Of a stretch of DNA of 64,000 nt, positions 1 through 12,692 are shown piece after piece. The notes under the pieces were generated by a model. It worked only from the letters and a program-made list of their open reading frames with translations. It ran no database searches and had not been told where the DNA came from. Each line of letters opens with the position of its first letter. Position 1 is the stretch's first letter. Position numbers and translations under genes: made by a program. The DNA comes from Azolla caroliniana (lineage: Eukaryota > Plantae > Polypodiophyta). Location of the stretch: NCBI GenBank assembly GCA_043228905.1, contig JBHGNT010000003.1, positions 558,001-622,000 of the forward strand, written 5' to 3'.

Positions 1-177
1 TTGATTGTTTTATGGTAGGGTATGGATATTGCAATTCTCCCATTGATGGATTGTTCTTCTTGATTATATCCACTTCAATGTGTCTCAATACCAATTCAAC
101 AAATTATGATATAACTACATTAATTGTGATAACATTTTTTTGTATGTTTTCCCTTGTGAGAGGTAGTCTAAGAGATG

Positions 178-279
178 TGTTAAGAATTAGGTAAGTAATC
201 AAGCAAGGATTAATTAGTACCTAATTATGTGATTAATTGATAAGCGGAAGATTAAGTGATATGTGTGTGTATGTGTGTA

Positions 280-336
<57 letters not shown>

Positions 337-643
337 ACAAGATGGGGGATGAGTAAGTATATTAAATTAGCATTATCATCATCATCAAATACAAAAATAC
401 CCACAATGAGGTATATATACATCTCATGTGCAAAGGTGCACATGTGTGAGTAGAATATAGGTACTAATGTGTAAGTCCTATATTAAATGTACTTAGGAGT
501 GGAGGATCTAGAATATCCCACTTAAGTGCACGGTCCTATTTAAGGCGTTATAGTCAACACTTCTAACTAGATTCTATCTAGGTAACTACGAAGTTACATT
601 GTTGACTAACTAACTAGACTAAGTTGAGCTTGATCTCTCAACA
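178..643 (-). repeat. 3' LTR of copia element 1, with (GT)n/(GA)n microsatellite
   Basis: Direct repeat of 3631-4096, adjacent to the PPT. Confidence 0.95.
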
Positions 644-769
644 CGCCCCCTCAAGCTCAAGTGTGAGGCGTCCGACGTTGTTTTCAGCGTTGTCCGGCTT
701 CCGATGTCGGCTCTTGTGCGGCTTCAGTCCGGCCTTCGGCTTTCCTCGCCGTGGCAATCTTGGTTCCTC

Positions 770-3450
770 CCCCTCAAGCCAGTGACGAAGGCTTGTAGTG
801 TGTGGGCGAAGGTCGACTACTTCCACCCATCGTGGGTTACGAGCCGCTTCAGTGGAGCTCTTGGGCTCTTGTTCGACTGCTACCTTCATCGCGAAGGCGT
901 AAAGATGGGCCATGTACTCGTTGTAGCCGTGCCGAGTGACGGGGTTCTTAGCTCTAGATGAGCGTCGAAGTTTTTCGCTCGCCAATGTGAGCGTCTTCTT
1001 TACTTCGGGTGTACGCATGATGGGTACACCAAACTCACTATCTAGTGAGGGAGTCGATCCATCTGAATCATTGTCGTCGGGGTGGTTGACTTTGTATTCG
1101 GGCATCTTACCTTTGCCTTTCTTCAAGTTCGTACTTAGTCGCGGCGTGCTTGGGTCGCATGGGGGCTCTTGTGGCCCACTCGGCCTTGTTGTAATCGGAC
1201 ATTCTTCGAACATGTGCTCGAAGCGATCTCCATCTTCTACCTCTTGTTTGGCGGATTCCGGGTTGACCGTAGTCGGAGTCGAAGTTGTCTCTCGTGCGTA
1301 CCAGGATGCGAACTCGTCGAAGACTACGTCTCGACTTACCCGAACCACTCGTGTAGAAGGGTTGTAGCACTTGTACGCCTTCTTCTCGGACGAGTATCCT
1401 ATGAGGATACATTCCTCCGACTTCGCGTCGGGCTCCTATCGTTGTTCGTTCGGGATGCGTACATTCGCAATGCTTCCGAACACTTTGAGGTGCGACAAGA
1501 TCGGCTTCCTTCCAACGAGGAGCTCGTAGGGAGTTAGCTCATGCACTCCATTAGTGGTGCATTGATTCATGAGATAGACGGCTGTGGATGCTGCTTCAGC
1601 CCAATAGAAATTCGGCATGTGCTTCTCATGCATCATGGCGTGTGCCATCTCAAGTATTTGCCGATTCTTCCTTTCGGCTACTCCATTTTGTTGGGGTGTG
1701 TGTCGGCACAAGAATTCTCTCCGAATGCCTTCACTTTGGAGGTAGGAGGTGAATTCATCGGAGAAGTACTCCGTTCCTCCATCCGATCGTAGGCATCGAA
1801 TGTGCCAACCAGTTTCTTTTTTGACTTGCCCCTTGAGCTTTTGGAAGTGGGAGAACACTTCACTCTTCTTCTTCATTGGGTAGATCCACGCATAACGCAA
1901 GTTGTCGTCAATGAAGGTTACGTAGTATCGGCATCCGCCGATCGTCGGTGTTTGAGCCGGTTCCCATACATCCAAGTTTACAACGTCAAGGAGGCCTTTG
2001 CTTGCGGAGCTCTCCTTCGGGAATGGGAGTCGATGTTGTTTGCCAAGTTGACACGCTTCACATACTTGGTCGACTCGAATGTCGGAAGTCCGATGATGAC
2101 TCCCTTGGTTTGCATCGTTTGTAGCTGTTGGAGGTTTATGTCGCCGATTCTCTTGTGCCACAACTTGATGCTAGTCTCGGTTTTGAGACCTTTGGCGTAC
2201 ATTGCCGATTTCACCTTGTTCAAATCAAGGATGAACATTCGGCCGTCTCTCTACCCCTTAGCTATGAGTCGGCCATCTTTCTCAATGAAACAACCTTCGT
2301 TGTGGAAGCGGACTTGCATGCCTTGCTCCACGATTTGGCCGACCAAGACCAAATTCTTCGTTATTGTGGGCACGTGCAAGACATTCTTGATGCAAGTTTG
2401 CTCGCCTTCTTTCCCGAATGGGACATTCCGATGTGCCGAATGGGGTGCGTGGTGTCGTCTCCCATTTCTATGAAGCCGGGTCAATCCGGCGTTTGTAAAT
2501 CATGAAACCACTTTTCTGAGATGTTATGTGATGTGAGGCACATGTCTTCGTGGAGTCGATGAACCACACATCTTCTGAGTTGGAGGTCCTTGCGGAGTTG
2601 GAGGCCGACATAGAGTTCGCTCTATGCCTCATTACGAATAGTCCGCTGTAATCACCGTATTCGGTGTTGACGACGTAATTCGTGTGTTGTCGACTTGTGG
2701 AAGCCAACTCACTTCTTCTTTTTCGCCATTCCTCCTCGCGGTGGCCGATTTTGCCGCAATAGTTGCAAGTTGCGGGCCTCGTTTGCCGACCATGTTCGGA
2801 GTGGAAGCTCCCCCTTCTTCCCAAGGTTCCTCGATGGCTTTCGTGAAAGTTTGAGTTCCTTCGCGTGATGGGTTGAATTGATAGCTTCTACCGCCGTGAC
2901 CTCCTCCTCGGCCACCGTCTGAATTCGAGAAGAACATTTGTCCTTCCGACGTCTTGCTTTTGGTTCGGACGTGGTTCTCTTCGACCAATAGCATTGATTG
3001 GAGGTTGAAGAATGAAGGAGGGTTTTCTCTCACCAAGATTGTCGTCCGTAATGGATCGAATCGTTGTGCGAGGCCGCCCAAGCATACTTGAACCATCTCG
3101 TCTTCGTCAACGTTTATTTTGATGGGGCCAAGCGAGTCGCAAATGCTCTTGATCTTGGCGGTGTAGTCCGACACGGACATGTCTTTTTGCCGAATGTTGT
3201 TCAACTCTTGTCGGATTTGAAGCTTTCGTGCGGTTGTGTTGGCGGCGAACATTTTCTTTAAGTTCACCCACGCTTCTTTAGGCGACTTGGCGTCTCGAAT
3301 GTGGCTAAGCATGTGGTCATGGATAGGATTTTCTTGAGCGTCGTTGATGTAGCTCCAATACCCTTGGCCGACGAGGTATTGGGTCATCTTGTACTCCTAA
3401 GATGAATAATTGCTCCAGTCTAGCTTTTCACTAGGGAGCGAGCTACCCAT
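770..3450 (-). pseudogene. Disrupted copia gag-protease-integrase polyprotein
   Basis: ORFs 2632-3387 (gag), 2468-2824 (CNYCGKIGH knuckle, WFIDS), 1436-2161 (integrase core) and 638-1348 (RVSRDVVFDE linker) lie in shifted frames. Confidence 0.9.
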
Positions 3451-3630
3451 TTGTGTGTTCATGTTGATTGTGTCTTCTCTTCTTTTGCTTTTCTTCCTTC
3501 GATCACGTACACGTGCTACGTAACGGCACTACGGTAGTCGATAGCTGGATTTTGTCGTTTGCCTCTCGAACACACAATCACAAAGTCGGGTGGGCTTAGT
3601 GGATTTTCTAAACCACACTCTCTGATACCA

Positions 3631-4096
3631 TGTTAAGAATTAGGTAAGTAATTAAGCAAGGATTAATTAGTACCTAATTATGTGATTAGTTGATAAGCGG
3701 AAGATTAAGTGATATGTGTGTGTATGTGTGTATGTGTGTGAGAGAGAGAGAGAGAGGGAGGGAGAGAGAGAGAGAGAGAGAGAGACAACACAAGATGGGG
3801 GATGAGTAAGTATATTAAATTAGCATTATCATCATCATCAAATACAAAAATACCCACAATGAGGTATATATACATCTCATGTGCAAAGGTGCACATGTGT
3901 GAGTAGAATATAGGTACTAATGTGTAAGTCCTATATTAAATGTACTTAGGAGTGGAGGATCTAGAATATCCCACTTAAGGACAAGGTCCTATTTAAGGCG
4001 TTATAGTCAACACTTCTAACTAGATTCTATCTAGGTAACTACGAAGTTACATTGTTGACTAACTAACTAGACTAAGTTGAGCTTGATCTCTCAACA
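3631..4096 (-). repeat. 5' LTR of copia element 1
   Basis: Followed on the minus strand by the Met PBS; repeat of 178-643. Confidence 0.95.
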
Positions 4097-4101
4097 AGAT
4101 G

Positions 4102-6820
4102 AATGTAGCTTAGTCATTAAAGTTCTCTAACTGAGACGAGAAGGTCATGCATTCAACCCCTAGATTGAATTGTGGCATCTAGTTAATTAAGAAAATATGT
4201 ATGGTAGGCCTATGTTCTTCATGTTAAACTTTAGCAAGTTCAAGATGTAGTGGCATTAGGAGGACAAGATTTTTTGACGTGTGAAGGTCTCGATGCCAAT
4301 ATTGTGAGAGTGGGTTCCGAAGTAGAGAGTTGTTCAACTTGGCCATTTGAAAACTAATGTTGTGAAGGTACAATAAGATCCTTGAGTGCCATGCCCTCAA
4401 TGCTTGGTTGAGGAGTACAACGAGTTCTTGAGCCGGCTTATTGCATGTGAGTGGGATTTTGATGTAAATCCAAGTGGTTGTTGTATTTAGACCTATTGCT
4501 CGAGTTTACCATGGAGGACAACTTTCTTCATGTCCATTCTTCACCACCGTGAGCACTAGTATAGTCAATAGGTGTTTCATCTTTACCACCCAAAGAAAGG
4601 TCTCATCGTACTCTATGTTTTGGGTTTGTGCAAAACTGTTAGCGACAATTTGGGCATTGTAACGATTGATGGATCCATTATCCTAGACCCATCAACAACT
4701 GATTGCTTTCTTGCGTGGAGTAGACGAAACAAGGTCCTACATTTTGTTATAGAAAGATTGAATCTTTTCATCTATTTCTTCTATGTCAAGAGGATCATGG
4801 GCTACCTTAACAAAGCTTTACACCTCAAGGGCAAACCCATATTCATTATAAAGGCGTAGTGTTGTGCAAAGTGTTCATCATCACCAAACAACACTTCAAT
4901 TTTTCTCATGCATGGAGTGCAATGGTTTCCATTGTGTCTTTCACATGTCTTTCTTCATGTTGAGTGTCTTTATGATAGGCATACCATTTTACCTCTAGAA
5001 ATTGAATGGAATGAATCTTGTCAAGTAATTGAAGCACTTCTCCTCACCATTTGACCTCTAGAAATTGTCTTTGTACTTGGGTAAGTTAGCCTTGACTTTG
5101 TCAAGTTGGTTTTTGGTCACACCACATCAAGGAGTACAATTATCAAGGTTCAAGGGCTCACTCTAGTTGTTCATCAAGCTCAAAGTCAAGTTCTCGACAT
5201 GATCATGGGGTCTTTGTCTTGGCCAAATATCAGTGTAGCATCAATGTCATACTCATTGGCCATGGGTGTGGCCAAAATTTAAGTGTTTCAAGCATGATAT
5301 CATGTGTCACAAGAACTCTTTTGGAAGAAGGGTTATAGGCTATAGCATTTGCACCATTTTTGTCCAAACATATAGAATACACATTTAACATGTAGGAATA
5401 TAATAAATCCCATGAAAGAGTTTCCTATCTTACAACATAGGAACATAATCACTAAGGATCTTATAGGAATCAACCGGTTACACGTTCATATTCGTGTGCA
5501 GAAATGAAGAACTAGTACGCAGATAGAAAAAAAATGTGAAGACACAGAGACACCGATATTTTACTTGGAAAATCCGAAATGGAAAAAAGCACAGGGGTCC
5601 ACAAACCTCGAGACAAACATATCACTATGGTAGGGAGGAAGTACAAATACAGAACTCGGAGGCAACGACCTCGAGTTCTCCTTCGTCTGACAGACGGCTA
5701 CCGAGTTACACTCACTCACGGTTACAGGGGCAACTACCTTGTTCTCACTTTTACAATAATGATCAACTACACATTTTCTAAAGTTTGCCCTAGGTGCATA
5801 TAAACAAAAGCAACTTTCTGGCTATTTACAAGTATAGCCCTAAAGAGGCATTTTAGACTATTTACAATTATAGTCTTCCGAAATGATTTCAGTTTCGGCC
5901 TCGACTGAATTACCCTTGTGTCCTCGATTTCGGTTTCAGCCAAGGCCGAGTTACTCACCAAATCGATTCTTCTCTTGCCATCCAGAGGGACCCGTTTCCC
6001 AACAAGATCAACTCATAATAAAGTTGTCCAAAGCATGATCCACGAAAGTGGAACCTTCAATAGAGAATTCACAATATAAGCTTATCTCATGATAGAGAGA
6101 CATGTCTCACAATAGGATAATGTAACAAAATCATTTCCACAATAGTCTTCCAATATAGGAAAGGGAGACAACCCGACAAAAGCACCATGTGAACCCTTGT
6201 TGTTTGTTGTTAGTTAGGGTTGGCATCTCAAGTATCAATTTCATCTTATCTTCGTTAGTTGAAATATAGACATTGGAAACATATCTATGCTAGTATCAAC
6301 CTCAACTTACCCCAAATTTGGTATTTGAGAGGGTTAAATGATAATTGGTTCCTTACACTTTTCAAAAATGGTGCATAAGAGGACACAATGTCCTACCCAA
6401 TTAGAATTACAACATAGATCATATTCATATGACTCCACCGCCTTCCTAAAATTAGAATCGGATATATGGGTTGACCCTTTTCTATAATTTCTGGAATCGT
6501 CGATGAGCCCAAAGGAGATTAATTGTAAGTGAATGAACCAATTTCAATTGTTAAAGTTGTCTTGCATTGATTCTCTAGGGCAACTATTTGATTATATCTA
6601 AAGAAACCACAACGTCATTACCTTTGTAATAGATAAATCAAGGTCATTATCATCTATCATCAAAGTACTTCCCTCAGGTCAGAGATTGCTCTATTTTGGA
6701 GCAGCCTATGATGACAATTTTTTGAAGACGGAAAGTTTTAGTTTAAGGTTGAAATGTTAATTTCTTAGATCTTTGGATTCTTTATTCCTCTATGTTTAGT
6801 TATATTTAGTTCGGTTTATT
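4102..6820 (-). mobile_element. Highly decayed Ty3/gypsy pol relic (oldest layer; continues at 23730-~24900)
   Basis: Minus-strand remnants GFFRYNQIVALENQCKTTLTIEIGSFTY (~6530-6610, like DGFSGYNQI..KTTF) and ISTNEDKMKLILEMPT (~6215-6265). Many stops; outer limits approximate. Confidence 0.6.
5461..6004. mobile_element. Probable solo LTR (copia-like)
   Basis: Ends TTTCCCAACA; degenerate start TTATAGGAA. Flanks GGATC/AGATC (4/5 match). Contains an LTR-typical TTTACTTGGAAAATCC..GGAAAAAAGCAC segment. Confidence 0.55.
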
Positions 6821-6825
6821 GTTCT

Positions 6826-7187
6826 TGTAAAGAATCGATGGTGATTTTGTGCAGTAGAATAGGATAGAGATGTGTGTTGTGTGTGTTTGAGAAGAGGAGA
6901 GGAGAGAGCCACAAGATAGATAGAGAAAATGTATATTACAAAGGAGATTAACCGACTATTACAAAGTAGGAGGAGGGTGCCTTATGTAGTCACCCTCTCC
7001 CTTCATTAACTACCGAAGCTCATCAGTCATTGGGAATGTGGAAATTCATTAGTTATGTGTCATAGAATATGATTCTATGACACATAGTTAATGCTACAAA
7101 AGTAGTGGTGACTTTTGACCTTTGAGTGTTCATACACTCTCAAAGGTGTGTTCACACACTAGACTAGGTTGAGCTTGATTGTCAACA
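6826..7187 (-). repeat. 3' LTR of copia element 2
   Basis: Repeat of 23365-23724, about 20 substitutions by eye. Confidence 0.93.
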
Positions 7188-7583
7188 CGCCCCCTCAAGC
7201 TCAACTTGGATCGGCTCCTCTCAGTTGGTGTCCCCTTCGATTAATATCTTGTTCGGACAATGTCTGGTTTGTACTCCCCCTCAAGCTAGGCAAGTTAGGG
7301 ATTGTTAGTCCAAGGTCTGACATGAATTGTCGAAGCTTGTCGGCTCCTAGGGCTTTGGTGAAGATGTCGGTTGTTTGAAGATTTGTGTTGATGTGTTGAA
7401 GGTCGACATCTCCAACTTGAACACGCTCTCGGGTGAAGTGGTAGTGCACTTCGATATGCTTTGTGTGCACGTGGAACACCGGGTTCTGAGACACATAAGT
7501 AATGCTCATGTTGTCGTAGTAAAGGGGAGTCGGATCCTTGATGGGAATGCCCTGATCTTTTAAAATCCTCTTGAACCATACGG

Positions 7584-8260
7584 TGTCGCGTTGCTACGCG
7601 CGTGCGTGGAGGAGGGCTGGACCACGGGGGCCTTGGACTAAGGAGTAGAGGAGAAGGAATCGGACATGGAATGGAAGCTTTGCTCAAGAAGAAGAAGAAT
7701 GAACAAGAGATTAGATCGAACAAGAGGAAGATGGAGACAAGATGATCAACAAGATATATTAAAACGAAATGAACGATTACAAAATGGTGGCCGCATAGGC
7801 CGCACCACACGACTACTCGAAACCCTAACCGACGAAGATGAAGATAAAGATAAAGAAACCCTAACCCTAACCCTAACGCTCAACCTATGTGGTATACCTC
7901 GCACACTCAAAATAGGCAACCCCCACAATGGTGCTTTCCCTCTCCTTCTATAGCACAAGGAGGGAAGACCGTTTACAAAAGTGAGACTAAAATATTCCCT
8001 TTCCTTCAAAGGGGATATTTGCCTTGATTTGGGGAGGGTGAGATTGATGGCCCCTTAACTCCCACTTCCACACAAACAACTAGGTACCTATGTACTGCAT
8101 AGTACCTCTCCCTCTCTCTCGCGTGGATGTGCGCACAAGACCACATCACCTTTATACCTTATTACTATTACAAATACATTATGTACGTGTGCAACATTGC
8201 ACCTCGCTCTTTGGCTCTCGTTGCTTGAGTTTTCGCTTGTGGACGAAAATCTTCACGACA
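7584..8260 (-). mobile_element. Solo LTR of gypsy type inserted in RNaseH of element 2
   Basis: TGTCGCG...CACGACA termini; 4-bp TSD ACGG (7580-7583, 8261-8264). Removal restores host EAVWFKRILKD. Ends resemble LTR 12578-13283. Confidence 0.88.
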
Positions 8261-9677
8261 ACGGCTTCACATGCAGCCACCACCGCGCCCACCACCGCGC
8301 CCCTGTATTCGGCCTCTATGCTCGAAAGAGCAACAATTGGTTGCATCTTGCTACTCTAGGAGATGGCTCCGTTGCCAAGCGAGAAAACAAATCCAGAGGT
8401 CGATCGTCAATTGGCTCTGTAGCCGGCCTAGTCGGCATCTATGTACCCTTCGAGTCGAATTGGCATTGTCGTCTTGTAGAGGATGCCACAATCCATTGTG
8501 CCGCTTACGTATCATAATACTCGCTTAACGCAATCCAAGTGGACGTCACATGGTTTTTGCATGAATTGGCTAAGGAGACTGACCCGAGTAGTTGTGGTCG
8601 GCTCGAGTGATAGTGAGATAGATGAGGCTCCCGATCAGTTGTCGATACTGAGTCGGCTCACATTCTTCTGTGCCGGAGTCGGTAATTAGCTTCAGGTTTT
8701 GATTGACAGGGGTTGCCATAGACTTGCACTCAGTTATCCCAAACTTGTATAACAAGTTAAGGATGTAGTGTCGTCGAGAGATCATAATGCCAGCTGGAGT
8801 TTGACTTACCTCGATGCCAAGAAAGTAATGGATCTCCTTCATGTCCGTCATCTTGAATTTGCTGGAGAGGAGGGACTTGACCTTGTTGATGTTGACTAGA
8901 GGCTCACCTCCAATGACCAGGTCATCCACATATAGGATGATAGCAATCGGACTTTCCGAATCGCTTCTTACATCGAGAGAGTTGTCAGATTTTGACATTC
9001 GGAAGCTAATTCGAGTAAGATCAATTTGTGTTATCTTCGAATGCCAAGCACATGGTGCTTGCTTAAGGCCGTAGAGGGGCTTCTTGAGTCGGTAGACGTC
9101 TTTCGGATGAATGTTGGATTCGAATCCGGGTGGTTGTACCATGTACACCTCTTCTAATTTGCCTTGAACAAAGGTGTTCTTGACGCGATTAGATGGAGGT
9201 GCTACCCTTTCGCCGCTGCAAGTGCAATCACGGTTCGCACAGTCCTCATCTTTGCCACCGGGGCAAAGGTCTCTTCATAGTTGACTCCATGCATTTGTGT
9301 GTATCCTTCGCTACAAATCGAGCTTTGTAGTGGTTTACAGAGCCATCGACATTATACTTCACTTTATAAATCCATTTGCAACCGATTGCCTTCTTGTGCG
9401 GTGAGTGAGGGACGAGATCCCATGTCTCGTTCTTGCATAGTGGTTGCATCTCTTCGTTCATTGCTTCGACCCATCGTGGATCCTTCGTTGCTTTGGAAAA
9501 ACTTTCCAGTTCTCGAACTGTTGCCAACTTCATCATAAAGGCATAGTGGTATGACATATAATCATTGTAGCTGAATTGACTGACAGGTGAACCGTCGGAG
9601 TTTCTCATTTGGCGATCTGAGTGGTTTCTTAACTCCTGATGAACTCATAAGAGGCACATCAAAGCCACTGAACTCAT

Positions 9678-10252
9678 TGTCGAATGAGTGAGTGTTAAGC
9701 GCTTGGATCGCACCACGACCGGTAATGAAGAAGAGTGCATCAACAAGGACATAGTATGGCTAAAGGACCTACGAAGAGGGCTAAGGGACACCCAAGTGTG
9801 AAAGGTCCATACCCTAAATATAAATGCTATATAAACCACATAGTGGTGGTTTTGTAAGGGTTCTTCCATTTGTAAAGATCTCCCTATTGATTAAGAGCTA
9901 GAGCTTCCTCTCCTCCTTCTTGTAACCTTTAAGCTTAAGAGAGATTAGTGAAGTGTTTAGTTAGAGAACACTAATCTCTTTTCCTTGTTGGTGCTAGACC
10001 TCTCAGCAAAGAGGGTTAATAACATATTCATTACTCCTATTGTCTATATTCATTACCGTATTGTCTATGAGAGCGAGCTTGAGAGAGTGAGAGAGATATC
10101 GTGCTTAATCGTCTATTAATCATTAAGTGAGTGTGAGGCTCGGAGGTGTCCGACAACCACCTTCGCCCGATTCACCATCAAAAGGGTATACGCCGATCTG
10201 AACTCCACAAACGACATCAAGGAGTTAACTCCATCGATACATAGATCTTACA
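9678..10252 (+). mobile_element. LTR-like insertion in the INT-RT linker of element 2
   Basis: Interrupts host linker. Starts TGTCGA, has TATA-like CTATATAAA at ~9828, ends at TCCGACA (10155) or TCTTACA (10252). No TSD found. Confidence 0.55.
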
Positions 10253-10477
10253 TAGTCGTTGTCGTGGAAATTATCATCTTCATATTCCGGCATTTTGGCC
10301 TTGCCTTTGTCTATCTTCGGACTTGGCCGAGATGTGCTTTGATCGCTCAGGGGCCCTTATGGCCTAGTGAGCCTGGTCATGATTGGACTTTCTTCGAACA
10401 TATGTCTTAGTCGATCTTTGTCTTCTATCTCTTGGTTGACCAAATTCGGGTCGATTGGACATGATTCGGCAGGAGTC

Positions 10478-12638
10478 GGGAACTGGATCGAGTGACGCCC
10501 GTCCTGGGTCTTGACTCTTGCATAGGCCGAACCGTTGTCCAACACCTTGGTCTCCATCCGTGCCGCCGTGATGTATGGCTCTCCTAGTATAACCGGATGT
10601 GAGGACGTCTCCTGCACGAAGAAGTGTTGGTCGATCTCGACATCGCCGATTTTCACCGGTACGTTCGGACAGGCCCCATGTAGTTCTTTTGTGGCGCGCG
10701 TCGCTGCCCGTATATTCCAGCCGTGCTTGGTGTTGATCGGCCATTTACCCTTCTTGTAGAAATCCATGGACATCAGGTTGATTTCGGATCCATGGTCTAT
10801 CAGCGCCACCACCGGTTCCAGAACGTTGTCGATCCGTACATGGGTTTCCGTAGTTGCCCTGGCCCAATGCGGCTTTGTGTAGTGGCTTCCCGCCAACTCG
10901 TCTTCTAGGGCTTCGTCTTCCAAGTGCGTGGTCCACACCTCCACTGGATTCTCCGGTTCTGGCTCCGTCGAGAGCCTCTTCCGCTTCACCAAGTCTACGA
11001 TAGAGTCGTGGAACTCCCTCTTGGCGATTCGCAGCACCTCCCACAACGACAACTCCACTTTACTGTCGAGGATCCGCTCTTCAAGGACCTTCCGTAGGTC
11101 CGTTGCTCTCTCGATTTCGGTGCACAACCGAAACCCCGCCTGCTTCTTCCCATCTGACACGCCTGGGTTGCCGGCACCGGCCGGTTTCGGTCCGAACCGG
11201 GTCGCGTACCTCTGCGGGGAACCGACCCCTCCGGCCTTTCCTGCCCGTTTGTCTTCCACCAGGACCTCGTAGTTCTGGCAAGCGGCTTCTACGAAGCCCG
11301 TCTTCTCTTCAACCGGATCGTCCCAACCGGTGACCTCCTAGACCCGTTGTTCCGCGCGGTCCACCTCTTCCTTCTTCAGCCGAACTCCGGAGAGGCCTTC
11401 TAGCACTAGCGGCCAGAATCCGGAGTCCTTCGCCTTCCGGGTCTCATCACCCCCGAACCGAATTCCCACCGACACTGAATAGTTAACGGCTTCGACGTGT
11501 CGTGCCGCGGCCTCTTCCATCAACCTCTCATTCCGCCGCACCCGGTATTCAGTTCTAGGGCTCTCCGGGTCTCGCTTGCGTGCACCCGCCCGTTCCAAAG
11601 GTACACCACGTTGGTCCTGAGTGTGTCGGCAAAATCCGCGCAATCCATCCGAATGTGACCGATCACGTCACACCACATGCACCGTTGCCCAGCCGGCGGC
11701 CTCCGGTCGCGAGGTTGTTCGCCACTGTCTCTCTGGGCCTGTGCAATCTGCAAGTCGCGCACCATCTGTGTCACCATCCTCCGGATGGGCCTCTGACCAC
11801 GTCCTTCGTTGCCGGCCCCGACTCTGGCCAGATTCGGGTCTCTTCCTTCCCACCGGCCGGCACTGATACCGGCTCCTCGAGCCTCCTCCCCGGGACCGGC
11901 CCCGACCCTAACGAGCTTCCGTCGCTCCAATCGTGCCGTTTGTCGAAACGGCTGTAGACCCGTTTTACCACGGCCCAGTCTGCCGTGAGCCCTTCGTCTG
12001 TTTCCAATAGGGGACCCACCTTTTCTCTGTCGAGCGCGTCCACCAACTTGACAAACAGTAGTACTCGACTTGTTTCACGCACCGTCCAGTCCAGCGTCGA
12101 CAGCCGCGCGAACCGTTTTTTGAACTCTTGGAGGAGCACCGACGTGTTGCTCCCCTTTCCGGGGCTTTCCACCCACGCCATGAAGTCCCGCCTCGACAAC
12201 CGAAGCGAGTCATCAAACCCGTACTTCTCGAGGAGCTGTAGCTCGAACTCCTCCCAAGTTTGACATCCGGCCAGCACCTCGAGCACTTCCGCGTGGATGC
12301 TCGGGGTCACCACCCGAGGGAATCCGGACAGCCGCATGTCCACCGGGATATCCCTCATGATCATTTCGGCCCGGTAAGCCTCCAAATAACTTGTGGCGTC
12401 TTTCCCTCCGAACGGGCCTATAGAGCCGACGATCGATTCAATGGCTCTGTCGAGGGTACCCGTCCCCTCACGAGCGCTTACCAGTCGGTCGACGGCCACT
12501 GTCATTGCCTCTGCTAGCTCCGATCCCCTCATCTTTCGACTCCTTTGCCACCCTGTTCACGTCGGGTTCACCAAATATGTCGCATTGTTACGCGCGTGCG
12601 TGTAGACGGGGCGGGACCACGGGGGTCTTGAACCGAGC

Positions 12639-12692
<54 letters not shown>

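Larger units (their letters stand above)
178..4096 (-). mobile_element. Ty1/copia LTR retrotransposon, non-autonomous (gag-PR-INT present, RT-RNaseH deleted)
   Basis: Near-identical 466-bp LTRs (178-643, 3631-4096, TG..CA). 5-bp TSD AGATG at 173-177 and 4097-4101. tRNAi-Met PBS (TGGTATCAGAG, minus, 3620-3630) and PPT at 644-655. Frameshifted gag, CCHC knuckle, protease and integrase (FIDD..RSDGG.EY..TPQQNGVAERKNR). Confidence 0.95.

Noticed and set aside
252-453. Short ORFs over microsatellites (also 3705-3896, 12505-12748, 39806-40099, 60201-60392)
   Set aside because: Translations of simple repeats.
936-2505. Long plus-strand ORFs within copia elements (also 13417-14302, 17207-18226)
   Set aside because: Antisense shadows of pol in GC-rich sequence with no independent motifs.
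7857-7878. (CCCTAA)3 as an interstitial telomere or healed break
   Set aside because: Three units inside a solo LTR with intact TSD; more likely an LTR telo-box.
12556-12573. tRNA-Trp gene
   Set aside because: Only the 3' 18 nt including CCA, next to an LTR: a primer binding site.
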